DNA of 37,494 bases from Nemertoderma westbladi (Eukaryota; Animalia; Xenacoelomorpha): contig JAUCBJ010006909.1 in NCBI GenBank assembly GCA_032718475.1, forward strand, positions 1 through 37,494, given 5' to 3'. Made by a program: the position numbers and the translations under genes. Numbering within the stretch: position 1 is the first letter of the stretch; every line of letters starts with the position of its first letter. This document shows, one piece after another, positions 11,738-22,699 of the stretch. The notes under the pieces were generated by a model that was not told where the DNA came from, searched no databases, and saw only the letters and a program-made list of their open reading frames with translations.

Positions 11738-13449
11738 GTAATCCTGGTATCAGTAAAGAAATTAAAGATAAAGTAACTTCGTTCTATGAAAGGGAGGACA
11801 TCAGTCGACAAGCACCAGGTCGTCGGGATTCAGTGAAAGTTAAGGGCGAAGTCAGACAGAAACACCATCTAATGATGACCATACAAGAAGCCTACCAGGT
11901 GTTTATGGTGGAAAATCCTAATGTAGTGATTAAAAAGTCTGCCTTTGCCGCTCTTCGTCCCCCACATGTATTATTGTCCTCTGAGTTCCCTCGCAATGTA
12001 TGCCTATGCATCTACCACTCGAATCTAATTATGCTATTAGAAGCACTGCATAGTGTCATTGACGAGATACCATTATATAAAAATGATAACAAGTTTTTAA
12101 ACTTGTGTGTTTGTGATCCAACGCGAAAATCATGCATGACTGGATGTTGCACAGATTGCTTTCCACAAAGTATATTTGACGGAATAAATGGACCAACGCG
12201 GAATCAACCAATAAAATATTGGCAGTGGAGGAAAAGGATGGAAAATAAAACTGTAAAGGTTCTATTTGAAGGTACTGTTGGTGATGCGATTAATTGTCTC
12301 CATAATCAATTACCGAAATTTCTGCAACACCACTTTATAAAGAATCAGCAAAGTGCAGCTTTCAATAATAATAAAAAATTGGTTGAAGAATCTACTGAAA
12401 TGGTAATGTTGCAAATGGATTTTGCTGAGAATTATACGTGCGTTTATCAGAATGAAGTCCAATCGGCCCATTGGTCTCCCTCACAAATAAGTATCTATAC
12501 ATCATGCATTTGGGGTCCGGGTTCCGAATATCAGTCCATCGCACAAATATCTGACTACCTCACTCACGATAAAACAACGGTCATCCCTTATACAATAAAC
12601 CTATTAGATCAAATATTCAGTAACAATCATATACACGTCGTTAACATCTGGACCGACGGACCATCAAATCAATTTAAGAACAAATTCATCGTCGATTTCG
12701 TTGGTCATATAGCTCTAAAACGGTACCCTAAGAAATTAATCACTTGGAATTATTTCGCAACCTCTCACGGGAAAGGTGCTGTGGATGGTGTTGGGGGGAT
12801 ATTAAAGAGCACCACCAGAAGGGCTGTCGTTTCTAAGAACGCTGTAGTCCAGTGCGCCAGTGATATGGTGAATACAGTGAAACAAACGCTAAATAAGGTT
12901 AAAATAGTTAAAGTCAATAAATCAGAAATCGAAAGAATATCTTTGGAAAATAGTCTCCAACTTGTCTGGGAGAAAACTCAGCCTATTCATGGAATTTTGA
13001 ACATGCATCAATGCAAATTGGACAACCCGTCCAATTTGAAACCAGTTATTGTCACAAAGATGTTCAGCAATGATACGCTCGAAGTTCGACACGACTTCCA
13101 TGGATTGAATGAGCAAGGGATGGATTGTGATAGTGACAATGAACCAACAACCCTTAATATATATGTCAACGCAATGGGATTGGTTGTAAATGGCTTTGTT
13201 TGTGTGATTTCGGATGGAAAACATTATCCAGGGCAGATAACGGCAACGATGGAAGATAGTGCCGATGTACGGCGAATGTCACCCAGCGGGAATGCATGGA
13301 AGTGGACAGTGCAACCGATTATCGTAAATCATAAATACAATGAAATATTGTTCAAAATTGATATTCCGAGCCAAAAAACTTCCCGTGATCGTGGTATTTA
13401 TATTGTTAAAGAACTGGAAATTGGACACTTTGACTTCTTTGCAATATAA
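11738..13449 (+). CDS. Sola2 transposase exon 2 (catalytic domain)
   Basis: Acceptor TTTTAG|GT, in phase with exon 1. Open frame with FYEREDISRQAPG, CLCIYH, QMDFAENY..QNEVQSAHW, WTDGPSNQFKN and FATSHGKGAVDGVGG motifs. Confidence 0.85.
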
Positions 13450-13637
13450 ATCTATAGGATGGACTATGACAATATACACCAATTCACTCAATCGCATACA
13501 TACATCAAATACATAAAGTATTTTTTTTCGTCAACTATTTAGAAACATAACTACTGTGAGTGATTTAAAGTACATTTTTAATGTATATGACTTAAGCCAA
13601 ACGCTATTAAATCTATGTTATGAATTTAATAAATGAA

Positions 13638-14106
13638 GAGGCTGTACGCGGACGCAGTGACGGCCCGACGGGGCGACTTCTCGCCGTTCGTCGCCTCATG
13701 CGACGGAGTTCTCGCGCCGCAAGCGAACCATCTTCTCCGTGTGGTGGCAGACCGGCTGCACCGATCGTGGGGGCGGCCCTATAGCGTCACAATGGGCTGG
13801 ATCCGTACGCGGGTTCAGTTGGCCATTATTAGAGGGGCCACCCACTGTCTGCGGGGCTCCCGCACCAAGTGGAGAAGCGCTCGGGGGCCGGATGATGGCG
13901 CAGGGCTGCCAGAAAGCTGGCAACCGGTGTAGTACTGTGGTACAATGTAGGTGTAAAATAATATATAAACATAAAAACAATCAATTCAATTTATATTTAC
14001 TGTGTTTGGTGGTGGTGCAGTTTTAACTGTTTGTTGTTTAAGTTTTTAAATTTCCCGCGTTTATATTACAATTAAAATTACACTACTATTATTAAAAAAA
14101 AAAAAA
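13638..14106 (+). mobile_element. 5'-truncated CRE-clade (restriction-like endonuclease) non-LTR retrotransposon
   Basis: GC-rich ORF end FSPFVASCDGVLAPQA..W.RTRVQLAIIRGATHCLRGSR. Poly(A) from 14094, with a 15-bp TSD AATTTAATAAATGAA (13623-13637 and 14107-14121). Confidence 0.8.
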
Positions 14107-14607
14107 AATTTAATAAATGAACACCACAAACATTCACGATTCGGTTAAATTCGTTTTCTAAAAAATAAAAGTCCATAACGATTTCAAGTGTGAGTCCGGA
14201 ACATTTTTTTCTGTGAGTCCGTAACGAACAATTGACCCTAAATATGTGGTTTAGCACCACATATTTCTGGTACTAATTAACAAATTTAAAAATTTGATGT
14301 ATCTACCTCGCATTGTGAAAGTTAGAACGTATGGCGTTAAACATTTCAAGAGAATTTGTCAAAATAATATTGGGTAATTTTTCTTTGTCCATTTGCATGT
14401 GAGTCCGTAACGGGTACTATATTTACAATATCCTATGAATCAAATGAGATACAACTATTTTTTATAAGTCAAAGTAAAGATGTACCATTAATCCATCAGC
14501 CACCATAGGTAAATGTTATTTATATTGTAAAGTTACTAATTAAATATGCCAATTAATTTGGAAAATTGCGTACGAATGTGAGTCCGTAACGATGGAATTT
14601 CCCTTTG

Positions 14608-15123
14608 GTCAGTTTTCATTGCGGTGTCGCTAACGGCTCATATTATTAACGTTGTTGTCTATTCCGTTATCCACTTATAATTTGGGTTTAGTTTATTTCT
14701 AACTTTGCTCCTTGTGTGTAATTTTTAATTCAAATGTCGTGCCTACGTACAGATGGATCGTCACTTTTATGTATTCATATATTTCTACGTGCTTTAGATT
14801 TAATTATATATAACGTATACGGTAGTAATTCTAATGAACACATGTACTGTATTAAAATCGTCAATAACCTTCTAAACGGCGCACAGCCACGTAATAGCTT
14901 TGCTATATTGCCCTTTATTGCCCCTATGTTGCCCTTTTCACTATTACCTAGTTAAATTTTAATTTCACATTACTTTTAAAACTTAACGCTCCGGCACTTA
15001 TTTCCAGGAAATTAACTGTTTGTAATATACGTAAATTTTGATTGTCATTTTTTTTGTTATGTATATTGTATGTACTTTATGTATATATTAGTGAAATAAA
15101 TAAATAAACTGAAACTGAAACTG
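14608..15123 (+). mobile_element. CR1/L2-group LINE 3' UTR, part 2
   Basis: Sequence resumes after the Sola2 TSD and ends in AATAAA repeats plus an (AAACTG)3 tail, typical of L2/CR1 ends. Confidence 0.6.
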
Positions 15124-15694
15124 GTATATTGAATCGGTGGACTGACCATCCATTGACTGAAGTGCTTCAAAGCGGTTTTGAACTTCTACTGTGTAAGCAA
15201 CCTTTACTGCATAACAACCAACAAACCAAACGAATTGTTGTTGAGCACCCTTATGAAATATTTCCTTGCGATAGATTGGACAGCAAACTAAAGGAGCTAT
15301 TCCGGTTCGATAAGACAGGTATTGAATTCGTCACAGACTTGATTTCATACAACATCACCATAATATGGACAGCTGAGAGGACTTCTAATTGCTCCCACCA
15401 GGGATTCACACCAGATATCTATTGCCCACACCTTCCACATGCACCAATACACTGTTTCTAGAACTGTTTTCTATTGCATATTAAATACTGAATTAGCACA
15501 AAATCGAACCAGCCTAAATACAAATAGCACAGCAAGACTGACTGCTACATACTACTGCACTACAATAACAGTACTACGCCCTACATACATTAGCTAGGGA
15601 CCCCCCCCCCCCCCCCCCCCCCCCCCTTATTACAAGATACTTTTAGCTTTTACTAGAGCGGCCACGCACCCAATATTATTATTATTAATTACAG

Positions 15695-15818
15695 AAACCT
15701 GGAAACATATTCCCTACAACCAACGTTCCATGATGCAAGGAGTTGCAAGATAACTGTTGATTCTATATACCCCAGTCAACATATGAATAATGGCGCTCGG
15801 AGGATTACATTCTATTGA
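15695..15818 (+). CDS. Host gene terminal coding exon: C-terminus of the discoidin-like domain
   Basis: Acceptor TTACAG, phase 2, matching the GG left by exon 7308-7421. Reads (G)NLETYSLQPTFHDARSCKITVDSIYPSQHMNNGARRITFY*, like the K-I-T-V-x-S-x-Y...N-N-G-A-x-x-I-x-F end of such domains. Confidence 0.8.
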
Positions 15819-16415
15819 ACTTGGAAGGAATCGGATTCCATTGGACTTATATTATGTATAGTATATGGCTGAACATATGGGTGTGGTAACCCAAAAAAAA
15901 TTTAGAGAGTTTTACAACCAACTTTATTTTTTCAGTATTTTATTGCCTTTTTAATCCTGAATGTTGTCATTTCATAGCTCTTTGAGGGAAACGAGTTTTA
16001 GAAAACAACAAGGTTTGTTAGAAACGATTACAATGTCCGTTTATTGCTTACCTACACGACGTTCTTAGGTAATAATTTGATAATTGTTTTTAAAATATTC
16101 CACAACTATTCAGTATTTGATATTAAATACCGCATGCACATTCAACTGACTAAACTAGACCCACTGACTAAACACTGTTTGGTCCAACCAGCCTACACCT
16201 TTTACGCAATATCTAGAGAACCTATCTCTCTACCATAGTTTTGATGGTGTCTACACTAACATCAGTGTGAATCAAATTCCTATATTGCATTGATATCCTG
16301 ATCCTGAATTAATTTCAGTCAGCCTTCACATCCTCACCAATATCTCGAGAACCAATCACTCTAGTATTGTTTTGATTGTGTTTACAGCCACTAAATAGGT
16401 TATAGTGGTTCGTAA

Positions 16416-16738
16416 AGCCCCGTTGACATCCAATGGTGTGTGAGCGGTAAAGTAGTCCGGCGGTATTGAAGCGGTAAGCCAGCGGTCCACTACCCGGAGC
16501 CTGTTCACACCCAGCGGTAACTTATTGTCTATCTGTAGACTGTGAATTCAACAGGAAATTACATTAATTGTTTTAACATTGTTTAAATGGGCTGCGGTAA
16601 ACCGCGCGGTTTAGCGCACAACTAACTGTTGGGTCGTTCACAGTCAGTGGTGTACCACTGGCCCTACGGTACACCGTAGGGCCAGCATATATGCACGTAC
16701 AGTGCACATATACCGTTCCATTGGATGTGAACGAGCCT
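16416..16738. mobile_element. PIF/Harbinger-like MITE
   Basis: TIRs AGCCCCGTTGACATCCAATGG / CCATTGGATGTGAACGAGCCT, flanked by TAA and TTA, with internal GCGGT/ACCGC repeats. Confidence 0.65.
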
Positions 16739-17208
16739 TTAGATAAGTCGGTGAACACATGACTACAACAATGGATTACCTTAAGAGGCAGTTCTGTATG
16801 GAGGCTCATGGAGGCCAACTGAAAAAAATATGTGGCACCCATGGTCCACACTTATACTGTAAATAAGTCATTCATGGACCATGGAGGACACCTATAAAAA
16901 TATACTTAGCTTCCACTTACTTAGCTTCCTTTATACTTAGGTTCAAATAATAAACAAGTAACATAATTATAATACTGTAGTATATTAATGTAGTATTTTA
17001 GCGCGAGCTAAATTATGTTCTAATACTTTGTTGTTTATTGTGGTATGGTGTGCAATTAGTATATTCGAATGTCAAGTCGTAATTATAAATATACGCTAAA
17101 GTACAGAGATTCCAGAGAACTGGTTTATTGTGTAAGGTAACTAATTACACAATGTCACTATTATAGTATCTAATTGTTCTTGTTGATATGTTGATAAGCA
17201 ACATTCTT

Positions 17209-17546
17209 AGTAATTCCTTGTTCTGTTATCCTGGCCCAGGGCGGCAGAGTGCGGCCTTTATCTATGGGGCGGAAAAATGGAGTTCATATTCGTGTTCGGC
17301 AGGAAAAACTGGTCTAAATAATTCCATTTAATATTGCTTGATGGGATTCCTATTGGTTTGAGGGTACTTTAAATTACATAATTTTTTATGCAATTTAATT
17401 TCAATTTAGCCAATAATTTTGTTACAAATGATTAAGGCGGCAGTGTGCCACCCATGGCGTTCAAATGAAAGACTTAAAAATTTCGAAAATGGTTTAAAGG
17501 CGGCAGTGTGCCGCCTTTGGATGTAGGATAAGTAGTAATAGAGTTA
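17209..17546. mobile_element. Degenerate MITE with GGCGGCAGTGTGCCGCC subterminal motifs
   Basis: Three copies of the motif (~17240, 17436, 17499) and imperfect inverted ends (TTATCCT...AGGATAA). Superfamily is uncertain. Confidence 0.4.
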
Positions 17547-18029
17547 TCATACTCTTTATATAAAAAATCTCTGGTATGACAAGAAAATAAACCTTGGTCC
17601 GATCAAATATATTTTTCATGGTCCTTAGAAGTAAAAATTTATGTAACTTATCTTTGGTACGCAAAGGGTTTTAAAAATTTAGAATTCATATTTCATACTG
17701 ATAATTTTGAATTCATACAAAATTTACAAAATGTGCCGATGTCACATTGTAAATGCCGGTGCTGGTGCCGGTGTTTTTAAATGTTTAGCAATTGGCATAA
17801 TTCTATTTGAAAACCAAATAATGTAAATTTATGTGTACTGTAATTAGTTATAAAATATCACTTTCATTAGGTTTTGATTTGATTGATTGGTGTGGTGAAC
17901 TCGTGAACGATCGTATATTTGTGGCGAGGGTCCAGCGCAAACTCTTCGCAATCGTCAACATCTTCGAAGTGATCACTGACATCGTATCCCGCAAAGTACC
18001 TGTTCAACTGCTGTAATAGTTCATTCTTT

Positions 18030-18360
18030 AAGGGAGGGGGGGGGGGGGGGGGGTATACCCCCCTCAGGGTAAAATTTTCAAATTGTTGTTTCTTTATTTC
18101 ACCTAGAGCAGAATTTAATGAGGATTACAAATCTGAAAACCGCTTAGTGAGACCTCTTTCAGTTCTCGAGTTATCACTGTTTTTCCGTATGACTGTCAAA
18201 TAGTCCATCAAATTGTAAAAAAGACAGAAGACCGACAGACAGACAGACAGACAGATAGACTAGATTCCACCAAAAATTAAAACTGAAATCGGAAATCGGA
18301 AATGAAATCAGCGACCCCGAAAACCCCAGTAATGAACATTTTTGCTCGTTGGTGTGCATC
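18030..18360 (+). mobile_element. Helitron/Helentron-associated non-autonomous element (HINE-like)
   Basis: Internal (GACA)n microsatellite at 18235-18260, with GAAAACCGC..TTCTCGAGTTAT and CAGCGACCCCGAAAACCCC blocks resembling such elements. The call rests on motif resemblance only. Confidence 0.45.
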
Positions 18361-18783
18361 CTTCGTGCCAGAAATAATTAACCAACCAGAACACAAACAG
18401 CCAATTATGGAATATACATGTTGTAAGTCTAAAACAGAAAAGAACAAGTAGTGCGATTTGAAAAAACATAATTATTTAGATCCGGAACATTTCGTATATA
18501 ATTATATACATCATCAGCCAAAAAACAACTTGGAACAAGTGAATTATTATAATTATCACAGAAAATAACCTAAATTAAAATAAAGACAAATGTAAACAAA
18601 ATTAACAAATATTATGCGCTTGATAATGAAGAACTAGAATAATTAGAAAATATTAGATTATATAATTAATATATATGGTTACAGGGTTGGGCAGTATAAG
18701 TATAAGTTTAGTACAATAATGAAAAATTACTGAACAAATTTTAGAAAAGTTTACGGTACCGGTAGCAAAGCAAAGACAGTATG

Positions 18784-19318
18784 TAGGGTGTACGTACAGT
18801 AGAGTAGTAACAATAGATACAATACAGTAGGGTGTTATACAGTTGTAAGAATAGATACAGTACAGTAGGGTGTTATACAGTTGTAAGAATAGATACAGTA
18901 CAGTGGAGTAGTAAGAATAGATACAGTACAGTGGAGTAGTAAGAATAGATACAATACAGTAGGGTGTACGTACAGTAGAGTAGTAACAATAGATACAATA
19001 CAGTAGGGTGTTATACAGTTGTAAGAATAGATACAATACAGTAGGGTGTTATACAGTTGTAAGAATAGATACAGTACAGTAGGGTGTTACATTTGTAAGA
19101 ATAGATACAGTACAGTGGAGTAGTAAGAATAGATACAGTACAGTGGAGTAGTAAGAATAGATACAATACAGTAGGGTGTTACAGTTGTTGTAAGAATAGA
19201 TACAGTACAGTAGGGTGTTACATTTGTTGTAAGAATAGATACAGTACAGTAGGGTGTTACATTTGTAAGAATAGATACAGTACAGTGGAGTAGTAAGAAT
19301 AGATACAGTACAGTAGAA
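18784..19318. repeat. Composite minisatellite
   Basis: Interspersed ~36-39 bp units (AGTAGGGTGTTATACAGTTGTAAGAATAGATACAGTAC) and 28-bp units (AGTGGAGTAGTAAGAATAGATACAGTAC). Confidence 0.92.
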
Positions 19319-19380
19319 TATAGTAGATAATGTAACTAAAATAGATGTAGAGGGAGACGGAAGTGCCTTAAGTACATTTA

Positions 19381-19790
19381 GTGAGGGTCTACAATGAAGA
19401 TCGCAATGAAGATGCCTGTTGTGGCAGGGTTTTATCTTCCAAATTGAAACTACATTGCGATAATTGTGCCAGACTGAAAAGATTTTATACATCGCTATTA
19501 GTGGATAACCAATATGAAATTAACTTGCGTTTAGTGTATGTTTTGCATTGTATTAGTGTGGGATTTGAAGGAGGTAACACTTTATGCAGCATAATGGGAC
19601 TGCCACAACCTTCACAATCATTTATTGAACACACAAAATCATTACTTGTAGCTGCTAAACCTATTTCAGAAGCCTCAATGGTAGACGCAGCTAAGGAGGT
19701 AATAAAAGAAAATGGTGGAAATACAGATTATTGGAAGAGACAGTAACAAAATGCCCTGCAATATCCTACTGTAAAGTTTGTGAATCAAAA
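19381..19790 (+). pseudogene. Kolobok-type (Mutator-like domain) transposase fragment
   Basis: SSKLKLHCDNC..FYTS...YEINLRLVY....GFEGGNTLCSIMGLP..SEASMVDAAKEV, then an eroded YCKVCE. The catalytic DG segment is deleted. Confidence 0.6.
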
Positions 19791-21198
19791 CATAATCCGA
19801 CCTTCTCACCAAAACAGTAAACTCTAAGTAAGCGAATATATATTGCAGTATCGGTCTCTTATAACCGGTGAGGCAGAAAACAGTCTACGAACGGACAAAC
19901 TTCGATGAAACAAAATCCCGCGCAGCGAATCCTAAAATCAGGCTGACTCACTGACGGACTAAGGGGCTCGTATACTTTGCCGCGGTGTGATTTATATGGT
20001 TGGGATAGAGAGATGCTAGCTAGGTGCAGAAAGGTCTAACTAGCGGGCAAAGCGCAGTATGGACAAAAATTATTTTATATATTTTGAGGTGTAAATAATT
20101 TCTAACGCGTGTGAGTCTTGATTCTAAACAGTCAAAGTCAGTTTTGCTCCTTCACATATATAATTACTGGGTCCGGTATGCATTTTACAAATATTCTAAT
20201 TTTATAACTTGTAGGTCCAATACTCACGAATGATAAGGCTCCTTCCCCTTTTGTGTATTTCCAGGACTCAAATTCAGGCATAAGGTTAATACTACGCCCA
20301 GAATTCGGCAATTTAATTTACCAGGTCCCTAATACTAAGAAGAAATGTGTTAGTTTACTACAGTAGGCGTACAGTTACTAATAGCTAGCCTGGCGTTCTT
20401 ATCTAGAATTTTGGTTGCCTAGATGGGCACGGCAACTTCCTAACAGAATGTTGGCGGAGACACGGTAGATGTTAGTATCCCTAAATAGCCTCAATTTATT
20501 TTGCGCCTAGTGGTAAACTGCCCTACCGCCTGAACGGTACAATCCCAATTCAGGTAAAACACAGTAACCCTTCTAGCCTACAAGTTCAAATGCAGTGGAC
20601 ACCGTTGTACTACAAACAGTCACCGATGCACCTATACTTAGCAAGAGTTAGGCGTACAGTTTGCTGCACCCTACCAATGTGTATGCCTTGTACCGGTGTG
20701 CCTGCGTCCTATCTGTGTACTGGTATCTTTCTGCCTGATCTCCTCCTCTCCCCCCGTAGGAATGTGAAGGTCTACTGCGGGTTTTCTCTGAATTAAGACA
20801 GTACGGTCCCTAGATGTAATTTTTAGCGCACAGCGTGTCACTACCTCTACCTTCGATCTTTGGTCTTACACTTAGGTAGCAAGGCATTGAACGCTGTCTA
20901 ACCTTTCAGGCGATGGGCGAATAACTAAGAATGAATATTGTGGGTTGTCTCCTTCTACATTCCTCAGATGTTCCCGTTCATTGCTGTGGCCCGATGTCTA
21001 GCCTGCCATCCTGTCCCTCAGTTAGGTTCACCGTGGTAAAACATGATAGGAAAAGGGCAGATATAGCGATAATTCTGACTTTATTACAGATAACCAACAA
21101 TTATATTAATATAAACAATGTAATCTGAAATAACTAATGGATGTAAGAAGTAGAAGTAGATTGAATAAGAATAGATAACTAATGAACGAAATCGCACC

Positions 21199-21343
21199 TT
21201 TTATAGCAAATTTGTGCTGCAATCAATCGAGATAAATCTAGATTGTTCTATGAGTTCAAAAGGTTTTTAAAGATAATCATTGGTCCAGCGAACACGTATC
21301 TTGCACGACATTGGTTACTATCTAATAACTGCAATCCTATTGG
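21199..21343 (-). promoter_or_regulatory. Pol II promoter in the LTR (three CCAAT boxes plus TATAAAA)
   Basis: ATTGG at 21279, 21310 and 21339, and TTTTATA at 21199-21205, all oriented on the minus strand. Confidence 0.6.
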
Positions 21344-21410
21344 TTAATCTACCTTGAGCAAATGCAATTTAATTCGTAGCGGTTAATTTAAATGAGTTGA
21401 AACTCAGCAC

Positions 21411-21494
21411 AAAAAATAATTCACACTTACTAGGATTCGAACTCGATACCTACTACACGAATTTCCAACGCTTAACCGACTGAGCTACTGAACC
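21411..21494 (-). ncRNA. tRNA-like Pol III cassette (not a canonical tRNA)
   Basis: GGTTCAGTAGCTCAGTCGGTTAAGCG...GAGTTCGAATCC...TTTTTT gives an A box, a B box and a T6 terminator. The anticodon and acceptor stems pair poorly. Confidence 0.65.
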
Positions 21495-22699
21495 ACTTGA
21501 ACAATGTTATACAAATAGATATGGTAAATGCAAATGAGGACTTAATGTAATCTTTATAGCAAAGTTAATTCGAACAAAATAAAATTTTGAAAATCCACGG
21601 CATTTATAGAATATAATTCTATACCGCTCCATGAAAACAGGATATTATCGTGCATAAAATATACGGTTTTCACCAATACTAAATCAAATTATGGAATACT
21701 TGGGACGTACTTACATATTTACAAATTAAATCTCAACAATAATACCTTTACATAATAATTCGATACAAAAATAATTACAAATTCAAACTTTACGTATTTA
21801 AGGCTTTATTAAGTAAGTACAATATAAATCTAAATTAAATTCACCAAAATAAATCTATTGCATCTCAAATATTGCATAAATTCAAACAATCACAAATACA
21901 AATACTACTTAAATATAAAACAAATTGCATAAGTTCGGAATAAATCACAAGAAAGGCTCACAAGTCTTCCGTCTGTTCTTGCCTTTTATTTACTGTGAAT
22001 ACAAATACTGCTTCTTTATAAAATATAAATTGCATAATATTCGAAACAATAAATGGCGTAAGTTTGGAATGACTACAAATATAGCACTTTCTAAATATAG
22101 ATCTTTCTAAATGTAAATCTTTACTAAATATAGATATAAACTGCATAAGTTTAGAACAATATAAACTCTTTAGGCATCTCAAATATAAAATATAAATCTT
22201 TCAAATATAAATTCCTTCTAAATATAAAATTTTCTAAATTTCAAAATTGGAACAATACAAATACATAAATTTTGAATAATATAAATTGCATAAATTTAGA
22301 ACAATATAAATTGCATAAATTTAGGGCAATATAAATTTTAAACAATTCAATTTATATAAAAAATTACACGAACAATACAAAGAAAAACAATACATAAGAT
22401 AAACAATTCATAAGAAAGGCTCACGAGTCTTCCGTCCACTCCTTCCTTCCCCACTTGTGAGTTCTGAGTTCGGAATAATTAGTCCTTTCAAATATAACAC
22501 TTTATTTACCGCTTAGCTGATCGGGCTCTGCCGCGTCCTCGAAAACTGCGTATCGGTGATTTAGCTCGTGATATGGGATTTGTGGGGCGAGTCACTGGTT
22601 TACTTTGGACGTTGGGAGATGGTACGACTATTTCCTCACATATTCGTCTCTTAGTTATCCCAAATCCTCTTCCAATTCCTCGTGACCGATCGGTTGTAT

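Larger units (their letters stand above)
9967..14603 (+). mobile_element. Sola2 DNA transposon, full length
   Basis: Short TIRs GGGCAATTCCA / TGGAATTTCCC, with an exact 4-bp TSD TTTG (9963-9966 and 14604-14607). It encodes a DDD-type transposase and has repeated subterminal TGTGAGTCCGTAACG motifs. Confidence 0.85.
20210..21623 (-). mobile_element. 3' LTR of the minus-strand BEL/Pao element
   Basis: On the minus strand it follows PPT-like GGAGCGG (21624-21630), starts TATAG (a TGTAG variant) and ends GGACCTACA. It contains CCAAT boxes and a TATA box. No partner LTR is in the window to confirm the ends. Confidence 0.55.

Noticed and set aside
15601-15626. Poly-C/G tracts (also ~1941 and ~18037) as functional elements
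   Set aside because: These are simple homopolymers of uncertain length with no supporting context.
18784-19318. CRISPR-like array
   Set aside because: The sequences between the cores are themselves repeated rather than unique spacers. The context is eukaryotic and no cas gene is present.
18653-19492. Cys/Tyr-rich ORFs 18653-19036 and 19049-19492
   Set aside because: They are translations of the minisatellite.
21411-21494. Functional tRNA gene
   Set aside because: The acceptor and anticodon stems do not pair, and only the promoter boxes are kept.
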